Positions 1-24,443 of a stretch of DNA of 64,000 bases are shown here, piece by piece. The stretch is from the human T2T-CHM13v2.0 reference genome, Homo sapiens. Made by a program: the position numbers and the translations under genes. The stretch lies in the NCBI RefSeq assembly GCF_009914755.1, contig NC_060925.1; one strand, given 5' to 3'. The first letter of the stretch is position 1, and every line of letters begins with the position of its first letter. Below the pieces are notes generated by a model. It was not told where the DNA came from. It did not search any database and worked only from the letters and a program-made list of their open reading frames with translations.

Positions 1-99
1 CACATGCTGGGCACTTTGTGAACATTAGCTCGTGTACTCCTCCCATACCTAGGAGGTAGGTGCTATCAATAGCTCTATTTTAAAATGACGAAACCTTAC

Positions 100-285
100 A
101 AAAAGTATCTGGGCATGGTGGCGTGCACCCGTAGTTCCAGCCACTCAGGAGGCCGAAGTGGAAGAATCGCTTGAGCCCAGGAGGCAGAGGTTTCAGTGGG
201 CCGAGATCGAGCCACTACACACCAGCCTGGGTGAAAGAGTGAGACCTCGTCTCAAAAAATAAAATAAAAATAAAATAAAATAAAA
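100..285 (+). mobile_element. Alu right-arm fragment within MIR sequence
   Basis: Alu right-arm sequence with (AAAAT)n tail; MIR-like flanks. Confidence 0.85.
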
Positions 286-571
286 TCTAGCTGAGACAGA
301 TTAGGTGGTTTGCCCGAGGCCCTACAACTAATAAATGGCCTATCCATTTATTAGTTGTATTTGGCTCTTCATCTGTCTTATGATCCCATTTGCAGAGAGC
401 TCTCACTTGGTTATAGATAATACATAGTTACCAATGATGAAGCAATATAAACCCAATTTCCTAATTTGTAAAATGAAGATAATAAAACTACTTGCTGCAT
501 AGAGTTGCTGGGAAGATTAAATAAGTCCATATAGATGTAAAGTGCTTAAAACTATGCCAGACCTATGGTAA

Positions 572-912
<341 letters not shown>

Positions 913-1176
913 AAATTACTGTTTTTTAAAAATTTGAAAAAAACCACTGAGTTTGGAGCCAGAAAAGCAGGGGTCTACTCCAACCTTCATTATCTACTTC
1001 CTGGTCCTCCTTGGCAAGTTCCTGGGCCCTCTGGCCTTCAGTGGCTCATCTGTAAAATGGGCTCTTCACCCTCCTATTTGACCCACAGAGTAGGAGTGGC
1101 TGCCTCTTGGTCAGCCCGGCACAGCTGCTGGCTGCGAGCGGCAGGTTTGCCTGATAATTCTTCTTGTCCATAGTAG

Positions 1177-7889
<6,713 letters not shown>

Positions 7890-8136
7890 CCTCTCCGGAG
7901 GTTCCGCTGCCTCCAAGCCGGACTTAGGGCTTCAAGAGGCGGGCGTGCCCTCTGGAGTCCCCTACCATGACTGAAGGCGCCAGAGACTGGCGGTGTCTTA
8001 AGACTCCGGGCACCGCCACGCGCTGTCAAGCAACACTCTGCGGACCTGCCGGCGTAGTTGCAGCGGGGGCTTGGGGAGGGGCTGGGGGTTGGACGGGATT
8101 GAGGAAGGTCCGCACAGCCTGTCTCTGCTCAGTTGC

Positions 8137-8142
8137 AATAAA
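8137..8142 (+). terminator. ADAM15: ADAM15 poly(A) signal
   Basis: AATAAA about 250 nt after the stop, with GT/T-rich gagtttgtctg downstream. Confidence 0.88.
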
Positions 8143-9210
8143 CGTGACATCTTGGGAGCGTTCCCCAGAGTTTGTCTGCTTCTAGAACCCGGGTCGCTCC
8201 TGCTGCGGTTCCAGGTTTGGCCGCCAGAAGACGCTGCCGCCTCAGACGAGGGCGGGCTGTGTGGGGCGGGAGTACCAGAAAGGGTCGGCGTGTGTCCCCG
8301 GGATGCTCGCAGCTTCCCTCTGCCCAGACTGGGGTGGCTTTCGGCGCAATCTGTCAAGCTGTTGGACCTGCCGTCCCCACTCTGACCATTGGCTGGGAAA
8401 AGTGGATCTGGCTGATGCTCCCAGAGCCCAGGAGCCAGGGCGGAGCGGGGCGGCGGCTGCTCCCACGATCCCAAGGCCGCGCACCTGCCTCCTCCCCCTC
8501 CGCCGCCGCCACCTGAGGGATTGGGAACAAAGGTGCTTTGTACAGGCCGCAACCACCTCATTACTTCGTCTTAGGGACTGGGGCCGCGTGGGCCCCCAGC
8601 CCGGAACGAAGGTGTGGAGCGGCAAGGGACAGACGCCAATCCTAAAGTGAGCATCTAGCGCGCCACCTAAGGCTCTTTAGGGAAGGTGGTCCCAGAGCTG
8701 TGTTGTCCCTTCCGCTTGCACTGTCCCTAGATGTGCAAAGAAAACGGGGCAGTGCATGAAGGTGGTTGGACAGGCTTCATGGATCCTCGCCCGCGCCTCA
8801 CTTTCCCCTATCTGGGCAAAGGTTATGTACCCTTATTTAAAATCTTCCAAACTTCTAATAAGGCAGTCTACCCTGCACTAAAGCAGACACGAAAGAGATG
8901 ACCTCCCTAAAAATACTGCTGTTGGAATACGTCCTTCCTTCCCGCCCCCTCGCAGTGCGGTGCAGCCTCAGTGGAAGCTTTGGCGAACCTGGCGCGCGCT
9001 GCGGTGCACAGAGGGTTAACTGGAGTTGGCGCTGGGTGGAGAGGAGGAGACGCGCTCCCATTGGCGGAAAGTTATTCAGGGGCGGGGTCAGTGAATCTCC
9101 GTACCCCACTCCCCTTTCCGCAACTTCCCTCTTCACTTTGTACCTTTCTCTCCTCGACTGTGAAGCGGGCCGGGACCTGCCAGGCCAGACCAAACCGGAC
9201 CTCGGGGGCG

Positions 9211-14368
<5,158 letters not shown>

Positions 14369-14377
14369 GCCAAGCAG

Positions 14378-14490
14378 ACCTTCCCTCTCATCCCAAGGAG
14401 CCAGAGTCCTCCCAAGATCCCCTGGAGGAGGAGGGATCCCTGCTGCCTGCACTGGGGGTGCCAATTCAGACCGACAAGATGGAGCATTGA
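14378..14490 (+). CDS. EFNA4: EFNA4 alternative last-exon acceptor, soluble isoform (193 aa)
   Basis: aagcag|ACCTTCC, 146 nt downstream of the main acceptor; NLPSHPKEPESSQ...DKMEH*; no GPI signal; length matches the soluble isoform I recall. Confidence 0.85.
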
Positions 14491-14552
14491 TGGGGGAGAT
14501 CAGAGGGTCTGAGGTGACTCTTGCAGGAGCCTGTCCCCTCATCACAGGCTAA
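14398..14552 (+). CDS. EFNA4: EFNA4 third last-exon acceptor (207-aa isoform)
   Basis: cccaag|GAGCCAG; RARVLPRSPGGGGIPAACTGG...ACPLITG*; total 624 nt = 207 aa, matching a recalled isoform length. Confidence 0.75.
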
Positions 14553-14898
14553 AGAAGAGCAGTAGACAGCCCTGGACACTCTGAAGCAGAGGCAAGACAA
14601 ACACAGGCGCTTTGCAGGCTGCTCTGAGGGTCTCAGCCCATCCCCCAGGAGGACTGGGATTTGGTATGATCAAATCCTCAAGCCAGCTGGGGGCCCAGGC
14701 TGAAGACCTGGGGACAGGTCGATTGCTGGACCAGGGCAAAGAAGAAGCCCTGCCATCTGTGCCCTGTGGGCCTTTTCCCTGGGGCAGCACCTTGCCCTCC
14801 CCAGGGGATCACTCACTTGTCTTCTATGAAGACGGACTCTTCATGAGGTTGAATTTCATGCCAGTTTGTATTTTTATAAGTATCTAGACCAAACCTTC

Positions 14899-14904
14899 AA
14901 TAAA
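14899..14904 (+). terminator. EFNA4: EFNA4 poly(A) signal
   Basis: AATAAA with upstream TGTA and downstream tttttgttg. Confidence 0.88.
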
Positions 14905-15579
14905 CCACTCATCTTTTTGTTGCCCTCCCCAATCTACTGCCCTCAGGCCACTTCCCTGATAGCAGGACTCCCTGTGGCCTGGGCTCTCAGCTTAGCTTGG
15001 CCTGACCTCCATGCCAGCTGTGCTCAGGCCATCCATGCCAGGCCTCAGTGGGCACCCCTCTGGGCAATGTGGGGTGGGTGCCAGCAGCAGCTGTGGAGCT
15101 TGGCACCCTCTCTCACCTCCCCAGCCGGCTTCCTGTGCTGAGGAGGGGCAGATGCTCCTGACAGCCCATCCGCTTGGGGCCCTGCCCAAGTCCTGGTAGC
15201 ACCAACCAGGGCGCCCAGCAAAAGCAAAGGGTAGTATTAATAGCATCTGGGTTTCAGAATGCCTGGGTCCCTGAGAGCTGGTCATCCCTCCCCCTCCCCA
15301 AGGGCACTCTGGGCGGTGCCTGGCCTAGAACTGGGAAGGTGGGGTCAGATCAAAGCCTCCGTCCCCAGCGGCCTCTTTGTTCTTAGCTTTTATAAGGAGG
15401 AGGAGGAGGTGGGGCTGAGGAGGGAGGGCTCCCTCTGCTCTCAGCCCACACTGTCTCTTCCACCTCTGGTAGGCGAGGCTATGATCCCCACAAGGCCAAG
15501 TGGGGCCCTCTTTCTGAATGGTATCCTAGGTGGTGCCTGGGTAAGGGGCGCCCCTTCCCCTGCAGCTGTACTTTACCCG

Positions 15580-17400
15580 CCCTGGTGCCCCGCAGCCTCC
15601 ACTGGCACGGTGCCGGCCCGCCTGGCACCGAGCCAGCCATCGATAGGTGGATGTTGTGCTGATTAGCTCGGCCCGGCTGCGGCAGCGAGAGGCAGCGTGT
15701 GAACATGGTTACGGGGTGTGGGGGAGACGGCGGGGTGGGGGGAGGGCGCTAGAGGTCCAGAGACCGACACAGAGGTGCTAGGGTTTTCGAACCCCTCCCC
15801 CACCCCTTTGCACACCTAGGTCAGATCCCGGTCTCTCTCGGAGGGGGCGGGGGCCCTATCCCCCACCACCATGCACCCATTTCGGCTGCCATCGTTCATG
15901 TTAATTCGATTGCTCTAGCTGAGGCCTTGGGTGGAGGGCAGCACCGCGGGCAGAGCGGACTCCAGTCTGTCCCTTCCCCCAATTCGAGGCCACCTTTCAG
16001 AAAATGCCTCTTGTAGGTAGGTGCGTGTATCAGGGCCTTCACCCCAAACCTTGATCTTTAGCGGGGGCGAGGGTCTGGGACGCGAAGGGGAGGGTGTAGT
16101 CGGCTGAAGGAGAAGCTATGGGCTAGGTCTTCAGGTCCTGGGTTCAAGTGTTCAAGTTCCATCTTTACCGTCATCCAGGAGGGTGTCTACACGTTGCCAT
16201 GGAAACTGGCTTACTGCTACCTCCGCACCTCCCAAGTGAAGCCATAGGCGGAGTAGACTGGGAGCGACTAGTTAGCAGCCCTTTCCCTGGATTGAGAACT
16301 GTGGGGGTCTCACCCGGCTCCCAGCGGCCCCAGGCCACCCTCCTTTTCGCAGAACCAGGCGGGCGCGCTCGCTCCCGCGGCTGGGGCTGGCGCGCGGACG
16401 CGCCGCTGATAACGCATGTGCGAAAGAGACGCGGGGCCCAGTCAGCTTTCTCCGCACTCAGACGCACGCCCTAACTGTCGGGCGCTCCCACTTGACACGG
16501 ACACACGCCCCTGCCGGCCGCCCAGCCCCTTGCAGGTGCAAGGGCGGATGCCTCAGCGACCACGGGAGCCGGGCTGGGGAGGTTGGTGGGGGGCGGGGGG
16601 AGTCTTAAACTTAGGCCCGCCCAGCCACAGGCGCTCAGGCCCAGCCGGCCTTCCCTATACAACTTTCCTCATAGCATGCGCGGGCGGCTGATTCAGTCCC
16701 GGGGCGCGTCCCCGTGGAAAGCCAGGGCTGAGTCCACTCATGGGGCCGAGACGGGCTGCAGGCGCTGGGAGGTCTTCCAGGCACCGGGCCTTACCCACGA
16801 GAAGTCGAGGCGTGTTCCAGGGCGCAGTTCCAGGAGGCTGGGCAGGCCTGCAAGTTTTGGGGCGTCACCGATCTCCCCTAAACTCAGTAGCGCTAGGCGG
16901 CTTAGGGTGGGGCCCTCAATTTGCTGGGCCTGCCCTAGTCTCTCCCGAATAGATGCGAAAACTCCACTCATCTTTACCTCGCCCTGTCTCCCTGTTTGAG
17001 AGCCTGAGAGTCTCTGCGACGGGCAATCCTGCTCCACACTTTCTGGGGTTTCAAATCTCCCTTTTCTTCTCCAGATTCAACCCTGAAGTTTTGTTCTTTT
17101 TCTGTCACCTCCCCCCTTTTTCTTCTTCCCTTTTATTAGTTCCTTCTTTCCTTTTTCATTCACTCAGCACATTGTGAGCTTCCAGCGCGCCTTTCTTTCA
17201 GTAGGCCAGACGCTAGCTGGGGTCGTCGGGGGATCCCCAGCGGTGACGCCATTGAAAAGGGTGCGCTCTGGCTTCCAAATAGCCAATAGAATCCCGGGGC
17301 CTGGGGCATGAGGTCATCAGCGGTGATGCCCATTGGTTCAGGTCTGGAAGTGAGGAAGGGGTCCCCATAGCAACCGACGGTGCGTCCGAGTGCAACCTGG
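15580..17400. promoter_or_regulatory. Intergenic CpG-rich element with RFX X-boxes, CCAAT boxes and a CRE half-site
   Basis: GTTGCCATGGAAAC 16193-16206; GTCCCCATAGCAAC 17361-17374; CCAAT 17283-17287; ATTGG 17332-17336; TGACG 17244-17248. Confidence 0.7.
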
Positions 17401-18309
17401 AGAGTAATGTTTGCCTGAGCTGCTGTGGCAGCTTGGGTGGGTGCTTGGGATGGGGTGAGGAAGCTGGGGTGGAGCTCAGCTTCCCAGGTCCTGCAGCCCT
17501 AGCCCAAGCAAGCTCTTATCTCTCTTGAGATCCTTTTTCGTTCTCAAAGTAATGGTCAGCACCACTTAACGCAGAAAGATTAGGAGTAGGTTGGTTATTG
17601 GCAACAGCATTGGGGTGCAGAGCTGCTGCCACCAGGAATGTCAGTACTGAGATCCTGTGTTCATCTGCATATCGTCTGCATCTCATTTGCATTCTCTTCA
17701 TTTAAGGTCAAATTGGGCAGACATCTCCACATCCCCAGCCCTGTCGCCTGTCTGTTTCTGGAATCTATCCCTGAGTGGCTCTGTAATCTGTCCCTCAGTT
17801 CTCCACCTTCATACCCCACCTCTCCCATTCTCCAGTGTCTGTTGGGGACGGATGGGGCAAAGCCAGCAACAGAAGAAAGGATAAGGAGTTTGTTCTCCCG
17901 CTGGATGTTTGGTGACAGATGGGGAGTACTAGTCTATACTGCTTGGCCCCGGCTGGGTGGAGGGTCTCCAGGGCCAAATCACCCACATGCCTGGCGGGGT
18001 GCTGGAACTAGGGATGCCTGGTTCCAGCAAGGGACAGGCCTGCCCACCTGTCTGGTGCCAAGGCAGCTTCCTTCCTCCAATTAAACACTAATGAGGTGTC
18101 ATTAACCCTTACCTTGCCTGCCAACCCTCAGGTTGAACTCAAATTCGTGGTCTCACACTGAGGGAAGGGAAGGAAAGGAGGGCTTCTGGAGAGCTGAGTG
18201 GTGGTGAGGGGACCAAGAGAAAAGAAGGCAGGGTCAGAAGCCTGAGTAGCATGCACGGTTTTCTACTGTGGGCTTCTGAAGGATTCTAGAAATGGGAGTC
18301 CCACTGTCA

Positions 18310-18600
18310 GAAGGCATTTATTCTTTTGTTCCTTGATTCAACAATTATTAAGCACCTCACTACTCCTACTAAGTAAATACTAGGCTGCATACTAGATGCT
18401 GGGGACACACACTTGCATAAGACAAGATCGCTTCCCTTAAGGGATCTTCAGATTACCCAAGGAGACAGACTGGCCAATGAGTAATTATAATGCAAAGTGA
18501 AAATGCTAATATAGAGCTATATACGAAGTGTTATGGGAACACAGGGAAAACGGGTCATCAGAGAAGGCTTTGATTTTGAAGGACAAAGTATATGGCAGAG
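18310..18600. mobile_element. L2 fragment
   Basis: ttcaacaattattaagcacc...gctggggacaca...gtgttatgggaacacag. Confidence 0.6.
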
Positions 18601-19010
18601 AGGGGATGTGTAGAACTAATAATGTCTGTGGGTTTGACACAGTGTGGGTCTATGTTTGGATGTGTTTTCAGGACTGCTGGTGTCTGCCCTCCCAGAGCGG
18701 CATGTTTTGCATCCGTATGTATGTGTGTGAGTTAGTGTATGTGTGTTGTGTCTGGAATCCCTTCTCCTGAAACACATTGTGGTTTTATTACAGATCAATG
18801 TTTGCTGTGAAGCTCTTCAGCAGATTGGCCTGAACCTGCCCAGCCCAGGGGAGGGGAAGTGGAGACTGATGTTGGCTCCTTGGGAAAGGGTGGGCAGGCA
18901 CCATCTTCACACCTGGGGGCCCAGACCCCTGGCTCCCAAAGTGGCAGCAGGCTGACCAAAGAAGGTGAAGGGTTGGGCCCCTGGCTTTGTAGGGTGTGCC
19001 CAGGCTCTAG

Positions 19011-19942
<932 letters not shown>

Positions 19943-20289
19943 CATTGCAGTCACTTTCTAGAGAGCTAAACTTTGGTGAAAGTCTGGATTTAGGAAGACT
20001 TTTAAGGCTTAAGGAGAGTCTCTGGGGTCTGAGGAGAAGGTCAAGGTCCCTTCTTCCACACTGTCAAGAATAGAGACTTCCTTTTTTGACTGTAACCTCC
20101 TCTTCTCATTCCATCTAATCTTTTCCTACCCCTTGCATACTTTCTAAGCCCTAGGTCACATCTCTCCCTATGTTAGCTGTTAGGAAAGCTTGGAAATGAG
20201 GGAGAACAAATGGAAAAGAGTCTGGGCTGGTCTAGGTGGGCAGACCTCAGTAGATAACCTCTTAATTATAAGAAACCCTCAATTAATCC

Positions 20290-20500
20290 AGTGCCTCTGG
20301 GATCCTAAACACTGTGTTAAGTGCTTCCCAGGTATTATGGATCTTAATCCTCTTAACTACCAGCTCCCTGAGGTGGGGCATTATTATCCCCATTTTACAG
20401 ATGAGGAAGCAGTCTCAGAGAAGTTGAGTGACTAGCATAGTTAGCGAGTGGCAGAACTGGAATTCGAATCCAAGCCCAGGCTGTTCACTGCTAAGCCAAT
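20290..20500. mobile_element. MIR
   Basis: attatccccattttacagatgaggaa core. Confidence 0.8.
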
Positions 20501-21401
20501 ACTGCTGCCTCTCAGCTTTTCTTGAAATACATTCAGAGGACTCACACACACCTCTAGTGTAACACCCCAGAGCTCCAGGCTTCTTGGCTTGCTGGACTCA
20601 TTAGAGGGATCAGGACATGATCAGAATCAGAGGTGATTACACCCCAATGCCACCCACCAAGCCCTGCATCCTAATTTCCTGTGAACTGGACCACATACCA
20701 GTGCTTATGTTCCCTGCTGTCAGGCTTGTATGTAGTTCCATGTCAACTCACAGACGTTAGAGCATCCTCAGAGCCATGCCGACACACACACACTTGCTGG
20801 GACCCAGGTTTCCTGGTTAGGACGGCACCAACAGCCTGCCTGGGCTGGGGCCACACACACGGGCCCTGTGCAAGGTGCAGAACCTGTGAATATTTCATGC
20901 CTGGAGCTGGCAGCTGCCTCTCTTGCTCACACGTGTGCCTGATCTTCCCTCTCACAGGCTCCTTGTTTATTTGTTTAATGAATTATTTATCCATGGCCCC
21001 GCTTCCCTCCTGACCTCCCCCTTCCCCAGGCCCTAGCCTCCATGATTTATTGAACACAGCTCAGCTCTGTGGTTGCCACCTACTGTCCCAGACGCTGCCT
21101 TCGGCCACACAGCCTGAGAGCTCCCTCTGTCCCACACCTGCTCAGCTCCCTGCTTCCTTGGCCCCTGAGGGATGGAGGAGAGTGAGGCACCATGTCAGAG
21201 TCCTCCCAGGAGCTGAGCTCAGTGTCCCGGGAGAGATCTTGGCAGCCAGCAGTGTGCTAGCAAGCCCAAGAGTCAGAGCCTGCAGGTAAGGAGGAGGAGG
21301 CCTGAAGCCCTGAAAACAGGACCAGCCCCATGGAGGGAGCTCCAACCTCCACAGAGGCCCTCATCCAACAGAGAGGTCGTTCAGGGCCCAGGCCTTAGAC
21401 A

Positions 21402-21700
21402 CCAGTTTTTCACACTATAGGTTGTGATCTATAGTGGGGATGGTAAAGTCAAGAAGTCAATTTTATGGGCTTCAACCAGCTTTTTATTTTATTGTTTTTA
21501 ATTTTAAAACTAGAACAGAGGAAAATATCATCGTGCATCCTCTGTAGTAAGGGTAAGTATTGTTTCATGAAACTTATTATTTCAGTTAAATGTGTGTGTG
21601 TATGAGTGTGTGTGTATGAGTGTGTGTGTGTGTGTGTGTGACTGAACTGCAGTGCAAAATATAATCCTACTGTGGTGGATCACAGTCAGAAACAATTTGA
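21402..21700. mobile_element. hAT-Charlie-type non-autonomous DNA transposon with internal (TG)n
   Basis: gtagtaagggtaagtattgtttcatgaaac motif; TG repeat 21591-21640; subfamily uncertain. Confidence 0.6.
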
Positions 21701-21929
21701 GTTACATTTATACCCAAACGTCTAGACCCCATCAATAAGGCCTGGGTCCTTCCATGACTCACATGCCACAGAGAGAAGCCCAGGCCTTTAGATTAGGCCC
21801 TGGGCATGTGGACAGTGGCTCAGATCTTATACACAGGGACTCAGTCCCTAGAGAAGCCCAGACCTTATGAATAGAGGCCTATAGACAGACATAGGCATTA
21901 TAGCTAGAAGCACATATCCTGTAGACAGA

Positions 21930-22172
21930 ATTGCCATATATGGTCATATAGTTTGTGCATGGCACAAAGGAGCCACCCAAGGGGAAGGGGACATCGGCCC
22001 AAGCTCCCTCACTAAGACAGGGAGCCACTAGAGCCACCTCTCACTGAAGGAGGCAGCACCTTTGTTTTTGCACAAAGGCACCACTTGCCAAGAGATGCAC
22101 CCTAGGGACTGAGCCTGCAAAGAAGGGTCCTTTTTCTAATTCACACAAAGGCCCAAATCAGCTAGCAGCCCT
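21930..22172. mobile_element. MER91-like hAT DNA transposon
   Basis: Repeated gcacaaagg; ends tttttctaattcacacaaaggc...gctagcagccct. Confidence 0.55.
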
Positions 22173-24290
22173 ATGGATAGAGGCCCAGGTAGACAAAGCA
22201 CTAGATCCCACGGACACAGGCCTAGCTAGGCCCTATAAAGAGTATCTCAACTTCAAAACCAGAGGCTTCGACTCCATAGAGAGAGCTGCTTAAATCCTGC
22301 AGAGAGGGCTCCGGATTCTAAGAGAAGGGCTCAGTTATTATTGGAGGGTGGGTGTGGGGGTGCCAGATTCTAAAGAGTACCCAGGCCCTATAGAAAAAGG
22401 CCCAAATTCTTAAGCAGAACCTAGATTCGATAAACAGGGATATATCTTTTCTAAAATGGAATTTAAAGTCCTAGACCAAACCAGCAAGTTCCTGTTCACT
22501 ATCAATATGAGCAGCGTCTCTGCCAACTGTGGGCCCCTACAGAGAGAAGCTGCCCTTGTGGAGCAGGGAATATGATTTGAGTGGAGGGGGCTGGGATTTG
22601 TGGCACCTGGAGTAAGCAGGTTAGCATCATTTGGGTGAAACAAATCTCTCTGGGGATGAGGAGCCTGCAGGGAGGGAGAGCTGTTTGCAGAGTCCCCCAC
22701 TCCCATCCCAAGGGGCCTAATTTATTTGCTGGCTCCTGAGAAGGAAGAAGAGATCTCCTGGGGTGGAGAGGAGCCCAGAGAAAACAGAGACTACTCTCAC
22801 CTGGCAGCAGTCAGACACTGAACCTATTCTGGATAGCACCGCCCCTGCCCCCAGCCTAGCACCTGAGGCTGACTTGTGGTCAAGACTCTGTCCTGCCACA
22901 GATAAGCAGATAGGGAGGTGCCTGCATGTTCCCTCTCCTGAAGGATAGAAGCAAAGTAGCAGCATGCCTGTCTCCCTGGACACAGGTGGTTGGCTTGCGT
23001 TCTGAGAACCCAGTCAGGCCTGGTTCCGCCTGGTCTGGGCCTCTCCAAAAGAGAAGAGATAAGGGACAGATAGCCCTAGGTCTGGTTTCTGAACCCTTTT
23101 CCTGAACTTCTACTTCCTAGAAAGAGAGAAGAGGAGAGCAAGGAACTGTGTGTGTCAGGATGCATGTGGGTTTGTGTGTGTGTTGTGTGTGGATGGATAT
23201 AGGTGTGTGCTTGGGTGTCTCTGTGCCTGATCTCTAGCAGTCTGATAGTACCCTTTCCTATGTGTGTCTGGAAGGTGTACCTGTGTGTCCATATGTCTGT
23301 GTCAGGCACCTGTGTCTCTATGTTCTCTGCCTTTGGGTGACTGTGCCTTTTTTCCTGAATGTGTGTGTGTGATGTGTGTGCTTGGGTGTCACTGTGAGGA
23401 CAATGACTGTGGTGAGAGCTGGAACACAAGGTGCTCTGCCCTCTGACTCAGGATCAGCGTCTCTGAGAGTAGGAGTGAGAATCCCTGGGGACAACCCTGG
23501 CTGCCCCGGGAGGGGCCCTGCCTAAGTGCCAGTGAGGAATCCTTTGTAGGTGTCCAGGGAACCCTGCTTTGCCCCAGCTGACTCTCTCCTTGACCCCCTC
23601 CTGCGCCTTGGGTTCTGGACCACTGAAGACTCTTACAGCTCCCAGTATTGACATTCTCAGGGGCTGAGCTCTTTTACTCTGCCTCCAAGATAAACAAGCC
23701 TCATGCTCAGCTGGGGGCTTCAGGTCACCAGCTGTCAAAGCCTTGGTGCCAGCTGAGGACTTCTCCACCACCCTTCTGTGCCCACCTGAGTCCTCATGCA
23801 CACGGGAAAAGGGGGCATGGACGCAGCAGAGGGCCACAGTTTTCAGAAGGGAAGGGGTCCAGCCCTACTTACTAAGAGGTCCTGGATCCCCAACTTCTTC
23901 TCAAGTCTTCTCCTTCCCCTCATTCCCAGAGATGATTGGGCTTCCCTGAGATCGAGATCCTTATCTTGGGTTCCCAAATCCTTCTGGGAAATTCAGCCTG
24001 GGGAGCAAAAGACCCAGGACCAGTTGTAGCAAACTGAACTCAAGAAGGAGAGACGAGGCACGCGCTGGTCTTTCCCGAGGGGGCAGTACGGTCCCCACCT
24101 CCCACGCGTCGCGCGCTCCCGACCGGAGCGGGACGGGGCCTGTCGGGGGCGCGCCAGGGGCGGGGCTTCGGGGGCGCGCCCAGGAGGGCGGAGGGAAGGG
24201 CTGGGGGCGTGGCCTAAGGCTGGGGGCCGACGGCGGCGGCAGCAGGGAGCTGGGAAGCGGAGAAGCCGGGAGCGCGGGGCTCAGTCGGGG

Positions 24291-24348
24291 GGCGGCGGCG
24301 GCGGCGGCTCCGGGGATGGCGGCGGCTCCGCTGCTGCTGCTGCTGCTG
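24291..24348 (+). repeat. (GGC)6 in the EFNA3 5'UTR and (CTG)6 encoding signal-peptide poly-Leu
   Basis: GGC run 24291-24308; CTG run 24331-24348. Confidence 0.9.
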
Positions 24349-24443
24349 CTCGTGCCCGTGCCGCTGCTGCCGCTGCTGGCCCAAGGGCCCGGAGGGGCGC
24401 TGGGAAACCGGCATGCGGTGTACTGGAACAGCTCCAACCAGCA
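24316..24443 (+). CDS. EFNA3: EFNA3 exon 1, coding part
   Basis: MAAAPLLLLLLLVPVPLLPLLAQGPGGALGNRHAVYWNSSNQ; CA|gtgagt. Confidence 0.96.

Noticed and set aside
17238-17400. MHC-II-type SXY module
   Set aside because: X-box, CRE half-site and CCAAT are present, but order, spacing and orientation do not fit the canonical module.
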